Shown here one piece after another: positions 24,300 to 37,029 of a stretch of DNA of 64,000 nucleotides. Position numbers and translations under genes: made by a program. This stretch comes from Lama glama (lineage: Eukaryota): contig CM052817.1 of NCBI GenBank assembly GCA_028534125.1, positions 33,916,001 to 33,980,000 on the forward strand, in the 5' to 3' direction. Within the stretch, counting starts at the first letter, position 1. Each line of letters begins with the position of its first letter. The notes beneath the pieces were generated by a model. The model saw only the letters and a program-made list of their open reading frames with translations. It made no database searches and was not told the DNA's origin.

Positions 24300-25370
24300 A
24301 TTTAATATTTTCAATCCACTGCAGTCATTTTTCCTTTTGATGTTCAAATTTCCCATCTCAGACCAGTGAAAGCTCCTTCAAGATTGATCAAGTGTCTTTT
24401 TGTCATGATTTTATTAGTTTTTGATTGCTTCCTTGCTTTAGGCACAGTAAGATATTACAAGTTCAACTTGGGCATTTCTTGCCCAGATCTGAAATCAGCC
24501 ATTTCTCTAAGGAGCACTGACACCTCTGAGTAGGGAACTGGTATTTAGAGGTGGCACTCAAAGAGCTACAGGTGTTTGTTGCTGCTAAGTTGTCATTAAT
24601 TCTTACCTTCTCAATGGGTAGAGCTAAGACATGCGCACTAAATCTGCTGATATTTTCAAGGTTTATATAACTTCTTTGATATTATCATTTTTCCTACATA
24701 CTGAAGACCTTTGCTCCTATCAATCTTAACACAATTGTTTATTTATGTTGTACTACACAATACTATATTTATAATATACCACAAGTATGCTATAATGGTT
24801 TCAGAATAACAATATTTCATAAAACAGTGAGTCTACAGAATGCAGGTAAATGTTTCTCTGTGGTTCCTGTGTGTCCTTAGAGTAGATTTCACTAGGGATG
24901 TACTGTCAGAATACTGGATTTTATGATCACTTGTTAGGGGCATCAGTTGTCTTGTTTTGCCCAGTACTGAGGGGTTTCCCCAGACCAGGTGTGCTGGTCA
25001 CCCTACTCAAAGGAATTCTCCACTATGTGTCATTAGCCACCACATTGACACAGAATTAAGTTCATTTGCTTCAGATTGTTTTCAATTTCTGAGGAATTAT
25101 TTTTAAAATACATTTTCTAATATACAATATTTACATTGTTTCAAAGCCAAAAGCACACGATGAAGCACATTCAGAGAAGTGTAGTTTCCCTCTTAATCAT
25201 CTGCATTGTATTCTCTCCCTTTAGAGGTGTCATTTTCATTAGTCTTTTTGTTTATTCTACCATTATTTTTTTTTGAAAATATAAGCAGGTACATACACAT
25301 AGTGATATCTCCCTATCTTATACAAAAGATAACATTCTAAAAACATTATTTTCATATGCTGATTTTTTAA
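24300..25370 (-). mobile_element. ancient L1MC4/5-L1ME 3' region
   Basis: 'gaaatcagccatttctctaaggagc...ggtatttagag' motif and downstream L1M-like text. Confidence 0.6.
24935..25005. mobile_element. internally deleted MER81-like hAT-Blackjack MITE nested in old L1
   Basis: 'tttgcccagtactgaggggtttccc...tggtcacccta'. Confidence 0.6.
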
Positions 25371-26574
25371 AGTTTTCCCAGATTGGCATTTAATGCAGAA
25401 CTGCAAAGCCATATACTTGAAAAATTACACTTGTCATCCTCAGAATGATCTTAAACCTGATTCCAGAACTGGGGAAGAACATCTAACCAGCCAGGAGCTG
25501 AAGGATATGAACAAGGCAGGTTACGTGCGATAGAAAATTCCAAATGTTCTCTCAGCACCAGACCCCTAGTATTACCTACTTAACCCCAAATAGCTTTGAA
25601 AAATTATTGCTGAGCTCAGACCCCGGGTATGTAGGAATGTAATATATAATGATGAGTCTGAGATGGTGAGAGGAGCTGCTTTCCGCTCCCAGCTGCTGAG
25701 GATGGGAAATGGGTGATGAGAGGGCAGCCGGAAGAGCCCTCTCGTGTGGTCCAGTGTCGTGGTGCCAGTGCACAGAGTGAAAGGCACGTGGGCTGCTCCG
25801 CCTCCTGGTGCGACAGAGCATGTGGAAGGAGCCAGGATCTTGTGTGAGCTGCCTGCCTGCCTGTGTGAGGGTCCATGCTGGAGCTCTTTGTACAGTGTAT
25901 GCAGAGTCTCATCATGAGGGAAAGTTTTTAGGGGCTGAAAGAGGAGTCATTTATGAGATCCAATGATTTCCTGGGGTATAAGAGAACAAGCTCCTTTTTT
26001 TGTTTTCTTTTTTTTTTTCACTTATGAGGAACCATGCTCACCTCTTGGCAAATGAGCCCTGCAGCCTGCAGACTGAACACAAGCCATCTGCGGCTGCAGA
26101 GTGTTCCAGACAAGGCTGCCATGATTTACATGCCTAACTGGTGGTGTCTACCTGGTGTGACTCAAGGACAGCCCCAAGCTCCCCCGCCCTCCCATTCGTC
26201 CTTCCTACCAGGGCCTGCTACCCTCCCCCTCCTTCCATTTGGAAAGAACATGCTCTCCTGAGCTCTTTCTCACAACCAAAGGAAGATATCGTCTCTTGAA
26301 GGTCACTCTTGAAATGTATTTTCTCCAGGAAGAAGGAGATAGGGAAGCTCTTGCCAAATCCAGCAGAAAATTCAGATTCATGTGTGGAGATGGAAAAGTG
26401 AAATGGTTAGAGCAAGGTCCCTGGAGACTGACCTCATGGGTTTGAATCCTGGCTCTACTATCCTCTCTAGGAACCTTGGGCATCTTACTCGTTTGTGTTT
26501 TTTGTTTTTGTTTTTTCTGTGCCTTGGCTTCTCACTTGCAAAATACAGAAAACGAGGCCTTTTCTTAACTCACA

Positions 26575-27028
26575 AAGTTTCTAGTTACCATGTCTCCCAA
26601 AAGACATGTCCATTGAAACCTCAGAATGCCGCCTTATTTGCAATAAGGGTCTTTGAAGATGCAATTAAGTTAAGGATCTAGAGATGAGATCATCCTGGAT
26701 CTAGGGTGGGTCCTAAATACACTGACTAGTGTCCTTATAAGAGAAAGGAGGGGGAGATTAGAAACACAGAGACACAGAGAGAAAGCCCTGTGAAGACAGA
26801 GTTAGAGATTGAGGTGATGATCTACAAGCCAAGGAATGCTGAGAATTGCCAGCAACCATCAGAAGCAAAGAGAGAAGCGTGGAACGGAACCTCCCTCTGA
26901 GGCTTCAGAAAAAAACAGCCCTGCTGACACCTTGATTATTGGCCTCCAGAACTATGAGAAAATACATTCCTATCACTTCAAGCCAAGTCGATGGTGATGC
27001 GTTACAGAGGCCCCAGGAAACCAACACA
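26575..27028 (+). mobile_element. MLT1C-like MaLR solo LTR
   Basis: 'aattaagttaaggatctagagatgagatcatcctggat...caagccaaggaatgc...ggcctccagaactatgagaaaata...ggaaaccaacaca'. Confidence 0.88.
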
Positions 27029-27629
27029 GAGCCCACGGAGCAGCAAAGCCTGGAAAGCCATTCACACAGCAAGAGCTCGATAAACACTAGCAGGGGTTAC
27101 TTAACTCAACTGAAACAAAGCAAAATTGGCTAAGAGGATATGCCAGTGGGATGGTGGCAGTGGGAACGAAGCAAGGACCAGGCGGGGAAGAGAAGCCTGG
27201 ATCATTCGTCATCAACCACTGCTGCTCAGGTAAGCCAAGGAGAACGAGAGCTGATGCTTGACTTCAAGGAGCTTGTCATCTGATGGGCAAAAAGCACCTC
27301 TCACTAAGATGTGGCTTTCATGGATGTGCTGGTGACTCTCTGATGTTCATCTCGAGGGTAGACTTGCTGATTGATCAACTCCTGAGTTGAGGGATCACAT
27401 GAAGCTGGGTTGGAGCCTCCCATCCTTTGCAGCTGGTGAACTTGGGTAAATCACTCAACATCCATGAATCCCAGTCTCCCTGGATGTAAAATAGGCTGAA
27501 GAATATCTGTTTCTCAGGTTTTTTTTAAAAAGAACACGTATTTAAGGCACCCAGCTTCACACTTGACACGAGGAAGAGCTCAGAGGCTTTCACTCCTGTG
27601 ATGCCCCCTCCCCAGATTCTTCACGGGGT

Positions 27630-28070
27630 GCCCAACAAGAGCTTCAAACTTAGCGTGGCCCCAAGTGACCTCCTTCAAGCCCTTCTGTCTTCAAAACCTG
27701 CCCCTTCCCTTAATTTCCTGATCCAATTAATGGCATCATCATCCTACTCAGTCTTCCAAGTCCAAACTTAGAAATTCTCCTCTCCTCTCCTCTCCTCTCT
27801 TTTCTTAGCCCTAGCTTCCGGATAATCACAAGATCCTGCTGATTTACCTTCCAACCAGCTCTCAGAGCTATCACTTTCTTGTCAGTTCTGCCACTGCTCT
27901 CACGTGAGTATTTCTCGGTATCCTTCCAGGGGGTCTCCCTGCTCTTTCCTAACAACCACGCTCCCAGCTACTAGCCCTTCCTCTGCTTTACCACTGGCGC
28001 TAGAGTCTTCAAATCTGATCTGATTATTCTGCTGTTTTCAATCTTCCCATTGTTCCTGTTCACCCAGAGG
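27630..28070 (+). mobile_element. L2 LINE fragment
   Basis: 'ttcaaacttagcgtggccccaagtga', 'aatggcatcatcatcctactcagt'. Confidence 0.65.
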
Positions 28071-30240
28071 ATGCAGAGGTCAGGGCCAGCATGCACGCTG
28101 AGAACATGGGAAACCCGGAAGCATTAAAACCTGATGTGTTAAATCCCAAACACTCAGATGCTCAATGAGACAGGAGAGAAGGGACAAAAGGTAAAACAGG
28201 GCAGCCAGACTCAGACAGACTCCCTGTCATACCTGTCTTCTGCCTATGGGGCTGAGTCTTGAATTAACTGTCAGGAATGATGCTGCAGGAGAGTTCAAGC
28301 AAGATTATCCCCTGCTTTCTGAATCCAGGACTGAGAACCACAGAGATGGGCTTAAATAAAATGAGCAGGGGGATTTTCCAAAATTAGAAAGCTGCTGTGA
28401 TTTTCCGGATTTGCTGAAGCCTTAGGTTAGGAGGTGTCTTCTGCAACAGCTGTACGTGCAGTGAGAAGTTAAGAAACTACTTTCCTGTCATTCTCCCACC
28501 TCCCCTGAATGGGACACTCCAGCCACAATTCTTTCCAAACACACCACACTGTTTTATGCCTCGGGGCCTTTGCACATGCTATTCTAGATTTATTTCTTTA
28601 TTTGGGATTGTCTTTCCCCGTTAGAATGTAAGCTCCAATGAGAGCAGGCCTAGAATAGTGCCTGGCAGATAGCAGGTGCTCAGTAAACAGGCAGTGAAAG
28701 AATGATGCTATTCCTTCTGTTTGGAGTACACGTCCCCTTGTCTGCCTAGGGAACACCTATCTGTCCTTTGAGACTCAGCTTCTACATGGCCTAAAATGAA
28801 CCTCCCTGATCCTGCCTCCCTCCCTCTCTCCTAACTCACTCCCTATTGCGGACCCTTTGGGTTTCGTCAGTGTTCCTCTGGGGTGGCTCTTGTCCTGCAA
28901 TCTACAAGCCTGTCTCCTCTAGGAGACCATGAGCCACAGAAAGTCAGGGTGGGGGGCAAGTCTTGCTGATGGAGGGCCCCAGTTCCCAGGCCAGAGACAG
29001 CCATTAAGCACCATTCACCATGAATGTTTGGGAAAACATAAAGGGGAGTCCCCAGCTCTGCCTGAAGGGTATGGGGAGGTTAAGTCAGAGAATTGCCAGG
29101 AAAGGGAAAGTTGGCAGAAGAGAGATGGGAGGTGAGTCTTCCAGGGGTACAAAGGGACATTCTACAAAAGAAGATGACATCCCAAGATCTACTCTAGGTC
29201 TTTTGAGAAAAGTGCTACCAAGGACAACAAACTGTCCAACTTGAGTTCAAAAAGAAAGGGGGATTTTGTGAGTGACAGCACTGCCTAAGAAGCAGCATTC
29301 TTGCCCGCCCCCTGAGTCAGCAGCCTCCCCAGGATCCCCTGTTCAAAGCCTGGGTCAGGATGTGGAATGAGGACATGCAAATTGCTGTTCCAGCAGCCGT
29401 TTTGCCTACAAGCAATATTGGAGCCCATACAATAGAAGTTTTCAAATAGATGGCTTCAAGTAGCCACAGTGTAATGAGATCAAAACTCTAGGATTGCCAG
29501 CATGCAGCACGACAGGAAAAATATCATTTACGGCCGGCTCATGAATCCTATTTGCATAAAACTTACGAACCTGAAACACACATTCCCTACGAAGGGAAAA
29601 GCAAGATCTCTCCCAGTTTTTATTTTCTCTACATGGTGGCAGCCTATCAGGTGAATAAGCCTTCTTGATGAGAGATTTCTCCAAAGCCAAACAAGGCTAC
29701 TCATAATGGATTCCTTAGTACACAAGTGCATTCATTCAGACATTTCCTTTATAGCTACATTGTAAGAAATAAAGCCTTTCCCCTTAAACTGCTTTACAAC
29801 CCTAAATCTCTGCCCACGCCCCACCGCCACATCCTCCCACCCACCTGGGGAACAGAGCACTATACACACCTATACCCAGGGTATCCAGAGTGTGTGCACA
29901 TTTACAGAGGCTGACCAGGGTGCTGAAAATTTTCTATAAGCCCTCACTCTCCGGGACTGATCTGGGCACAACCCTTCAGTACTTTTAGAGGAAAAACACC
30001 CCTAAAAGACTCAGGTGAACTTTTTCCTAGGTAATTTGAGGGAGTTGAATTATATGATGCTTGAAGTTCTTTCTAACATTATAGAATTCTCCATTCCCTT
30101 CTATCCCCTCCCTCCACATTTCTCAATCTCGCAACACAGCAAACAAGTTAGCAAAGAGTATGTGTAGTGCTTACTCTGAAAAGACTTTCCTGTGCCTTGA
30201 GTGGGTACCAGCTTTTCAGCTGGAGCCTCAAAACCTTGGA

Positions 30241-30421
30241 TTTTTTTTTTCTGAAGTGTAGTTGATTTACAATGTTGTGTTAGTTTCTGGTGTACAGCAT
30301 AGTGATTCAGCTATACATGAAAATATATACATATTCTTTTTTATGTTCTTTTCCATTATGGTTTATCACAAGGTATTGAATATAGTTCCCCACGCTACAC
30401 AATAGGTCCTTGTTTATCTAT
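30241..30421 (-). mobile_element. 5'-truncated L1 3'UTR fragment
   Basis: Poly-T, then 'gaagtgtagttgatttacaatgttgtgttagtttctggtgtacagcatagtgattcag'. Confidence 0.88.
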
Positions 30422-30863
30422 AAACTGTGGTTTTCTTTGGTGCCAGTTGCTACTGCACTCAAAGAGTTGAACCCCTATAAGATGCATTGAACCCCTATTC
30501 TGGACACTTAAGATAATGAGCCCTTTATGAGTGTTTCTAGAGGCAATGTGTCTTCACAGCCCCTTGGTTTGACTGGCTAACAGGGAGTACTAGAGGGGTC
30601 CCGTGTCAAGGTAGGGCAACATTTCTGGACTTCAGAGGTGGTTAGGGCCACAGAAAACTGAATGGCTCTGGAGGGTGGATGGACTGGGCCTTGCAGAAGA
30701 CAACAGGGCCTGCAGAGAGCCGAGGGAGGACCTGGGAGGTGGTGTTAGAGCAGAGAGGAGTGCGAGGACCCAAACATGGGCTCCTCCTGTGTCAGGGTTG
30801 CAAATCCTCTTGCCCTCAAAAAGCAGCATGGTCTAAAAATCCCTAGCCTAGTAAGGACCAGAG

Positions 30864-31260
30864 CAGAGGTTGTGGATTCAAAAGCCTACCAAGGACAGTG
30901 GCATAATTGTGTGAGACCTTGTTCCTCAGTATGGGGAACAGAGCAGGGAGCAAGGGGGCTGTGTAGGGAGCAGGCACCTGGGTCCAGCCAATTGTTGATT
31001 TTAATGCACAGGGACTCAGCATGGGAAGGTCTGTTGTTTTATGTGAAATCTGCCCATTTCAAATATTAGCAGGGAGAGGATAATAGATCACTGGTAGAAT
31101 GCATGCTTAGCATGCACAAGGTCTTGGGTTCAATCCCCAGTAGCTCCATTAAAAAAAACCCCCACATATTAGCAACTAAAACAAATTTAGAATATTGTGT
31201 TTTCCAAACAAAACGCTTTGGTGGGCCAGATTTGGAACCAGTGGGATTTGTGCCCAAGGC
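30864..31260. mobile_element. MER102-like hAT-Charlie element interrupted by a SINE
   Basis: 'ttttatgtgaaatctgcc...aaatattagca|actaaaac...ccaaacaaaac...gggccagatttgg' is continuous once the SINE is removed. Confidence 0.6.
31072..31165 (+). mobile_element. camelid tRNA-derived SINE (vic-1 type), short form
   Basis: 'ggtagaatgcatgcttagcatgcacaaggtcttgggttcaatccccag'; TSD atattagca at 31063-31071 and 31166-31174. Confidence 0.85.
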
Positions 31261-31879
31261 CAGAGTAATCAAAGATGTTTTACCAGAGAAAGAACATGAG
31301 GACCTGGCCTAGGGAAAGGATGTAGGGACCCTCAGATAATCCATGAAAAGAAAACAGGTCAGCAAGCTCAAAAAAACCTCAAAGTGAGGCAGACTAAGAA
31401 TATGGGGAGTAATGGAAGAGCTCAGCTTCTTCAGGAAAATTGTATGGTCAGGGTCCGGGGACACATGACGTACCAGGATAGGAATGCCTGTGGTCAATAC
31501 TGGTATGCCAGGAGCCACTCAGGGGGAGAACTCTCACTCCTTCAGGAACACATAAAGCTTAAAAGAAATTGCTTCAAGTTTATACCAGAAGAGGGAAGTA
31601 AGGTCAGAAAAAGATGAGAATAAATCAAAATCCTCTATTATAGAAAGAGCTACACCCCCCTGTTTCAGGATTGCAGGAAAATGAGCAATGCTTTTGGGAG
31701 GCCAGACTGAAAAATACAAACCTCTTTAGCTATGACTTGATTACAGGCAATTCATGCCTTAAGACTCCCCTCTCACTGTAGTTCAAATTTGTGTCCTTTA
31801 AATGGTGGGCTGGAGATGCTGTATTACCATGTATTCAGAATGGAAATTACAAATGAAGTAGGGTTGGGGAATCAATCTT

Positions 31880-32110
31880 TTTTTTTTTTTTGAGCATCTA
31901 CTCTGTGCCAAGCCCTGTGTGGGTGTTTCACGTGCGACAACTGCTTTTGCCACTCACATAAGGATCTCCAGCATCCATAAGAGATTGATTATTCTGATCA
32001 TCCTCATTTTACAAATGGAGAAACTGAGGCACAGAGTGGGAACATGACTTACCTAATGTCAGGGAGCTAATAATAAGTGGAAGAACTGAAATTTAAGCCA
32101 ATCCACTATA
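31880..32110 (-). mobile_element. MIR SINE
   Basis: 'atcctcattttacaaatggagaaactgaggcacagag'. Confidence 0.8.
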
Positions 32111-32480
32111 ACCATAAAAGCAGCTAACACTTCTCTTCTCGCAGGGATCTTTGTGCCACTTCTGAGCTGTGACCTTCCATTACTAACTCCAGCCTGTCTT
32201 CAGAGGGCTGTGAAGAGGAAATGAGATGGCACGTATAAGCACTTAACACACTGACCTGCCCAATAAATGGTATTAATAGTTGTCATTATTACTAGGAGTA
32301 ACCAGATCTGGCGTTCAGAAGGCCCTGATGACTCAAAGGGCGAGAGACGGGGGAACAGGGACAGATAACGAGGGACTGAGAAATGACTAGAGATGAAAAA
32401 GAGGAGGCAGCAGGTGTAGATGCCTCTATGGAAGGCTTGGTGTTTGAAGTTTGTTTCTGAGAAAGTTGATTTACCACTGC

Positions 32481-32791
32481 TGCTCTGGACTGGATTGTGT
32501 CCCTCTCCAAATTTATTTGTTGAAGCCCTAACCCTCAATGTGAGGATATCTGGAGATGTGGCCTCTGGGAGATGATTAAGGCATGAGGGTGGAGCCTCCG
32601 TGATGGGACAAGATCTCACTCTCTGTTCATGACCAGAAGACACAGCAAGAAGACGGCCGCCTGCAAGGCAGGAATGTGCTGGCACCTTGACCTTGGACTT
32701 CCCAGCTTCCAGATCTGTGACAAATAAACATCTGCTGTTTAACCTACTGAGGCTCTGGTATTTTGTGATAACAGCCCGAGGTGATTCAGAC
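32481..32791 (+). mobile_element. MLT1A-like MaLR solo LTR
   Basis: 'tgttgaagccctaaccctcaatgtga...gctggcaccttgaccttggacttcccagcttccaga...ggtattttgtgataacagccc'. Confidence 0.88.
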
Positions 32792-33504
32792 AAGGACTGT
32801 AAGTAGAAGAGGAGAGGCCGCTGGCAGGAGGGAAAGGGGAACTGGAGGAACAGCCCCAGGGCCTGGAGGGGAGACCATCAGGAGCCCAGATGAGGGCAGC
32901 CCTGAAAAGGGGCAAGGATGTGTCTTCCCCTGAAATGGGAAAGAAGTGAGTAAGTGGAAGACTTTGAAGGAAGAAAATTGAGGTATTAAAGTTTGACCTA
33001 ATCCAACGAGTGGAGAAAATGTCATGGCTGACAGTGAGGAGAGAAGGTAAGTTCTGGGCGTCGAGGAGTTGGGAAAAGGCTGTGTGACTTTGGTGCAGAA
33101 CTAGAACCATGACAAGCACACAGCCCATGGTTACCAGCACAGCCCTGATTTCAGAGTCTCCCCCATTCCCGTAGGTAAGTAGATTCATATGGAAATGCAT
33201 ACTTGTCAGAGCTTATGCCCAATTTGGGATTCAAAAAAATAGTTCTACCAACAAATGGTGAATAAAGGAAAGAATGAGCTGAGATTAGATGGAGCAAATG
33301 TGCCCTGGATTCTACCAGTCGGCCTGGGGACTCTAACTCAACAGAACAATCCAGAGAACCAGAAGTAGAGAAGGCTTCCCCAGGGGGCCATGGTGGAAAC
33401 CCAAAGAATGGGAGGGTTCCAGGGCAAAACTGAGAAGGCAGGCATTGGGATAGGAGCACCTCTTTTCCTGTCCTGACCCAAAGCAAAGAGAGCTTAACTG
33501 ATAC

Positions 33505-33690
33505 CCAAGATTTCTCAAAACATATTCCCTGTGGTCAAATAAACTTGGAAGCACTGTGTATTATATTCCCCACAGTTATACTACAAGTCACCATATTAAA
33601 GGCTCTGAGAAGCCCTGCAGTAAAGAAACTTTGGGTCAAATAATGAAAATATGCATTTTAATGTAACTGCTCTCTGGGAAAACACTACAG
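33505..33690. mobile_element. MER103-like hAT-Charlie fragment
   Basis: 'gtggtcaaataaacttgg', 'catattaaaggctctgagaagccctgcagtaaagaaac'. Confidence 0.7.
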
Positions 33691-33723
33691 GGAGGTGGAA
33701 GGACTACTTTAATAACCTCCTAA

Positions 33724-33885
33724 GGGGGCAGGTTATAGCTCAGTGGTAGAGTGCATGCTTAGAATGCACGAGGTCCTGGGTTCAATTCCCAGTACCTCTG
33801 TGAAAAATAAATCATAAGTAAATAAATAAATAGGCCAAATTACTTCCCCCACCCAAAAAAGTCAAATAAAAATAATTTAAAAAAA
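33724..33885 (+). mobile_element. camelid tRNA-derived SINE (vic-1 type), full length
   Basis: A-box 'tagctcagtggtagag', B-box 'ggttcaattccc', AT-rich middle, C-tract and A tail; partial TSD ending ctaagg. Confidence 0.9.
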
Positions 33886-34664
33886 ATCTACTAAGGATTT
33901 GGGGTGGCAATGAGTCAGTAAGTGCCCTGCTTAAGAAACAACAGAGCGGGGCCAGTTAACTGTAGTTTTGTTTTACTGAATACAATTTGCAGGTTGGGGG
34001 CCAAAACAATTTTCTGGACAATGAAGAAAAAGCTGGATTTGAATGAAGAAAGGATAGCGAAGAAGACTTCCACGTGGGTCAGGGAAAGGAGATCTTGGAA
34101 AAGAGGTAGCTCTAGTGAGACTATTTAAGACAGCTTGTTATGGGTATGGGGGACAAACCTTTATTTTTCCCAAGAAAACTTCAGCAAAGGCTGAAAAAAT
34201 TCACAAAATGGCTGCATGTAATAGAGATTCCTTGTGGAAAATGGTAAAGGAGCTGAATGCCACTGGGCATGGACTTGAGATGCATCAGCACACGGAGATG
34301 GGGGGTGGATGTCCGTCCAACTGGGTTCTATCTGTTCAACCCAGTATTTCTTTTCTTCCAACACCTATTAACATCTCAGAACTGGCACTCCGCAGATTCA
34401 AATTTGGGAACACTCTGGTCTTATTCATTCCCCTTTCACATCATCTGACTAAAGAACAGAGCTTGAGAAAGTTCTCAATTTGACTTCTGGCAGAAATAAC
34501 CAAGGGTAATATTTAAAATGTCTAACAAGTCCAGCATGAGTTCCGGTGAATGAGTGGATAACTGTCAACCCAGGGCATTCAAGCTGAATATCAGCCCTAC
34601 AAAATCCCACTCTCTTCTCAGGCTACCTTTAATTCTTGTGCTGGAATTTAGACTCCTCTCTCTC

Positions 34665-34992
34665 TTTTCTTAAATTAATTAATTTTCAAATTGAAGCATA
34701 TAATCAGTTACAATGTGTCAATTTCTGGTGTACAGCATAATGTCCCAGTCATGCATATATATACAAATATATTCATTTTCAAATTCTTTTTCATTAAAAG
34801 TTATTACAATATATTGAATACAGTTCCCTGTGCTAGACAGAAATTTGTTTTTTAATATATTTTTATATACAGTATTTAATATTTGCAAATCTTGATCTCC
34901 AAAGTTTATCCCTTCCCACCCCCTTTCCCCCAGTCACTATAAGATTGTTTACTATGGGAGTCTGTTTCAGTTTTGTAGATGAGTTCATTAGT
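34665..34992 (-). mobile_element. L1 3'UTR fragment
   Basis: 'caatttctggtgtacagcataatgtcccagtcatg...tttatcccttcccacccc...gagtctgtttcagttttgtagatgagttca'. Confidence 0.85.
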
Positions 34993-35336
34993 TAGATTCA
35001 TTGCTTAATAGAACTGGAAGAAGCCTTGGACACCTTATTCTTCAACCACCTCCTTGGATGGAAGAGAAGAGAAATGGCTGGTTTGTGGTGCAGTTGGGGC
35101 TAAAACCCCAACCCACTAATTATGGGGCACACCCAGCAGTTACTCCATGAAATGCAGTGAACAACTCGCTGCTAGATAGCCAAGACAAAAATCACCAAAT
35201 GCTATCATCTTCCTCCTCACCCCCTCCCCACATATTATCTGTTTGGGGTCTACAGTTGTGCGGAAACCCTGTACTTATGAGTAAGACCACAGCAGTTGGG
35301 CTTTGCCTGGATGTGGAAGAAGGAACTGTTTGGACC

Positions 35337-35730
35337 TGTATTAGGATAGGATAGGCTGCAGTAATAAACAGACCCATACAGGCTGGAGCTAAGCACAACA
35401 GAAGCTTATTTCTTGCTCACAAGATAGTCCAGAATGGTTCCCATTCTGGGGGGTTAGGGGATGGAGGTGGGAACTCTTCAGTTACTCAGGGACCCAGGCT
35501 GATGGAAGTTCTGCCACCTTCAGCATACAGCATCTGAGGCAGCTCAGGGCTCTCCATCTAAGTCAGCAGGACGGAGAAGGACACTTGGAAGCTTGTGAAC
35601 TGGATTGGAAGCAGCACATATCACTTCTGTTCCACTCCCAATGGCTAGACTCCAGTTACATGGCCAGAGAGGATGGGGAATGACGTTCAGCTGTGAACCA
35701 AGGAAAGAGCAGAAAGACATTTTGGTGCGT
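35337..35730 (-). mobile_element. MLT1J/K-like MaLR LTR
   Basis: 'tgtattaggataggataggctgcagtaataaac...ttatttcttgctcac...cagggacccaggctgatgga'. Confidence 0.7.
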
Positions 35731-37029
35731 AGATACTTTGACTTTCATTTTCCCGTGAACTTATGAAGCATGAGCATTTATGACATCAGCCTCCCCATCT
35801 CTAACTGTGTGAATAAAATAAAAAGAAATGACAACTGGGTTCATTGGTGACTTTTTCGTGTTTTTCACTTTCTAATGTTTCTGGTAGCCTGGTTTGTGTT
35901 TAGGAACAAAATTGACAATTGTTGGTAGTCAATGTAGAATTCTGCTCCAAATCCTTATGGGTGCTTATAGCCCCCCTCCTTTCCCTCCTTTCTATGAATG
36001 AAAGAGAAGTGCTGGATACTAGAAAGCCTATTAATCCAACAGACAGAAGATTTCGGTTCAAACTCTTCCACTCCCTAGCTGTCTGACCTAGGGCAAGTCA
36101 ATTAACCTTTTAGAGCCCCAGTGTCCTTTGATTACAAATTAAAAATGCACATAGAAGCTCCAGCAAGACATCGGGTCCCAGAAAGTATAAAAGTTTCCTC
36201 CATCATTTCCCATATACTCTCAGATCCTTCTTGGAGGATTCATTTCAGGAGTGCATTGGCATTGTTCACGTAGGTTGACAAGTGTTCTGTTTTGGGCTGG
36301 GGGTGGGGGTGGGGCCAGGAAGGAAGGCTTACCTAAACATGACATCGAAATCTCATACTTGAATAGGGACATTTTAGTGAGCCATCTATTTCTCCTTGAA
36401 AGCTAAGAGAAAGACCAATTTTTCCATAAACTTGGTGTTGTTGGTGGGTTTTGGTTTGTTTTTTTTTTGCCATTTCCAAGCCAAGACTAAATTTACAGTC
36501 ATTTTGTGTTTGAGTCAGTCCTTAAATAAAGGTACAATGCAGAATATAGACTTGGTGAACTGAATTATGCACAGAAAAAAAATCAGTGAAACTCGTAATG
36601 CATCATGAACTTGGAGCATATTTTTATTTCCCAAGATACATCAAACTTCAGGATAAATTTTTCTTTTTTGCACTTGTAGTATCAGTGATGATGATGATGA
36701 TTTTTGCATTAAGGACATAGCATCAATTTAAAAGGAATACAAGTAAATACTTTAAATATTATTTCTACATCCTCAAACATCCTCATGAGGACTGAGAGGA
36801 AAGAGTATGGTGAAGTTGCTATACTACTATAGTTCTTTTTCCCAAGAAATTCTAAGAACTGTACTAATAATTCCATTTTTCCTGGATGAAATGAAGCAAT
36901 ACACAAAATATCTCAGCTTAATAAGTGGAAAAACTGAGGCCAGAAAAGGTACATTCACTGCTTGTCAAATATTATGTACAGAAAAGCCACAATGTAGACT
37001 CAGGCTTTCTGACTTCCATCCTGTAGTTT

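Noticed and set aside
29442..29731. Minus-strand ORFs over the octamer island; possible Ig V or snRNA promoter
   Set aside because: No leader or V-exon, RSS or snRNA sequence is visible nearby, and the peptides are unrecognisable.
30467..30498. 12-bp direct repeat TTGAACCCCTAT with period 20
   Set aside because: An isolated micro-duplication, common in mammalian DNA.
32200..32793. 197-aa minus-strand ORF
   Set aside because: It overlaps an MLT1A LTR and MIR/L2 debris and has no recognisable domain.
33724..33797. tRNA-like sequence with A and B boxes
   Set aside because: It is followed by the SINE AT-rich body and tail, recurs in several diverged copies and lacks a proper acceptor stem, so it is a SINE head and not a tRNA gene.
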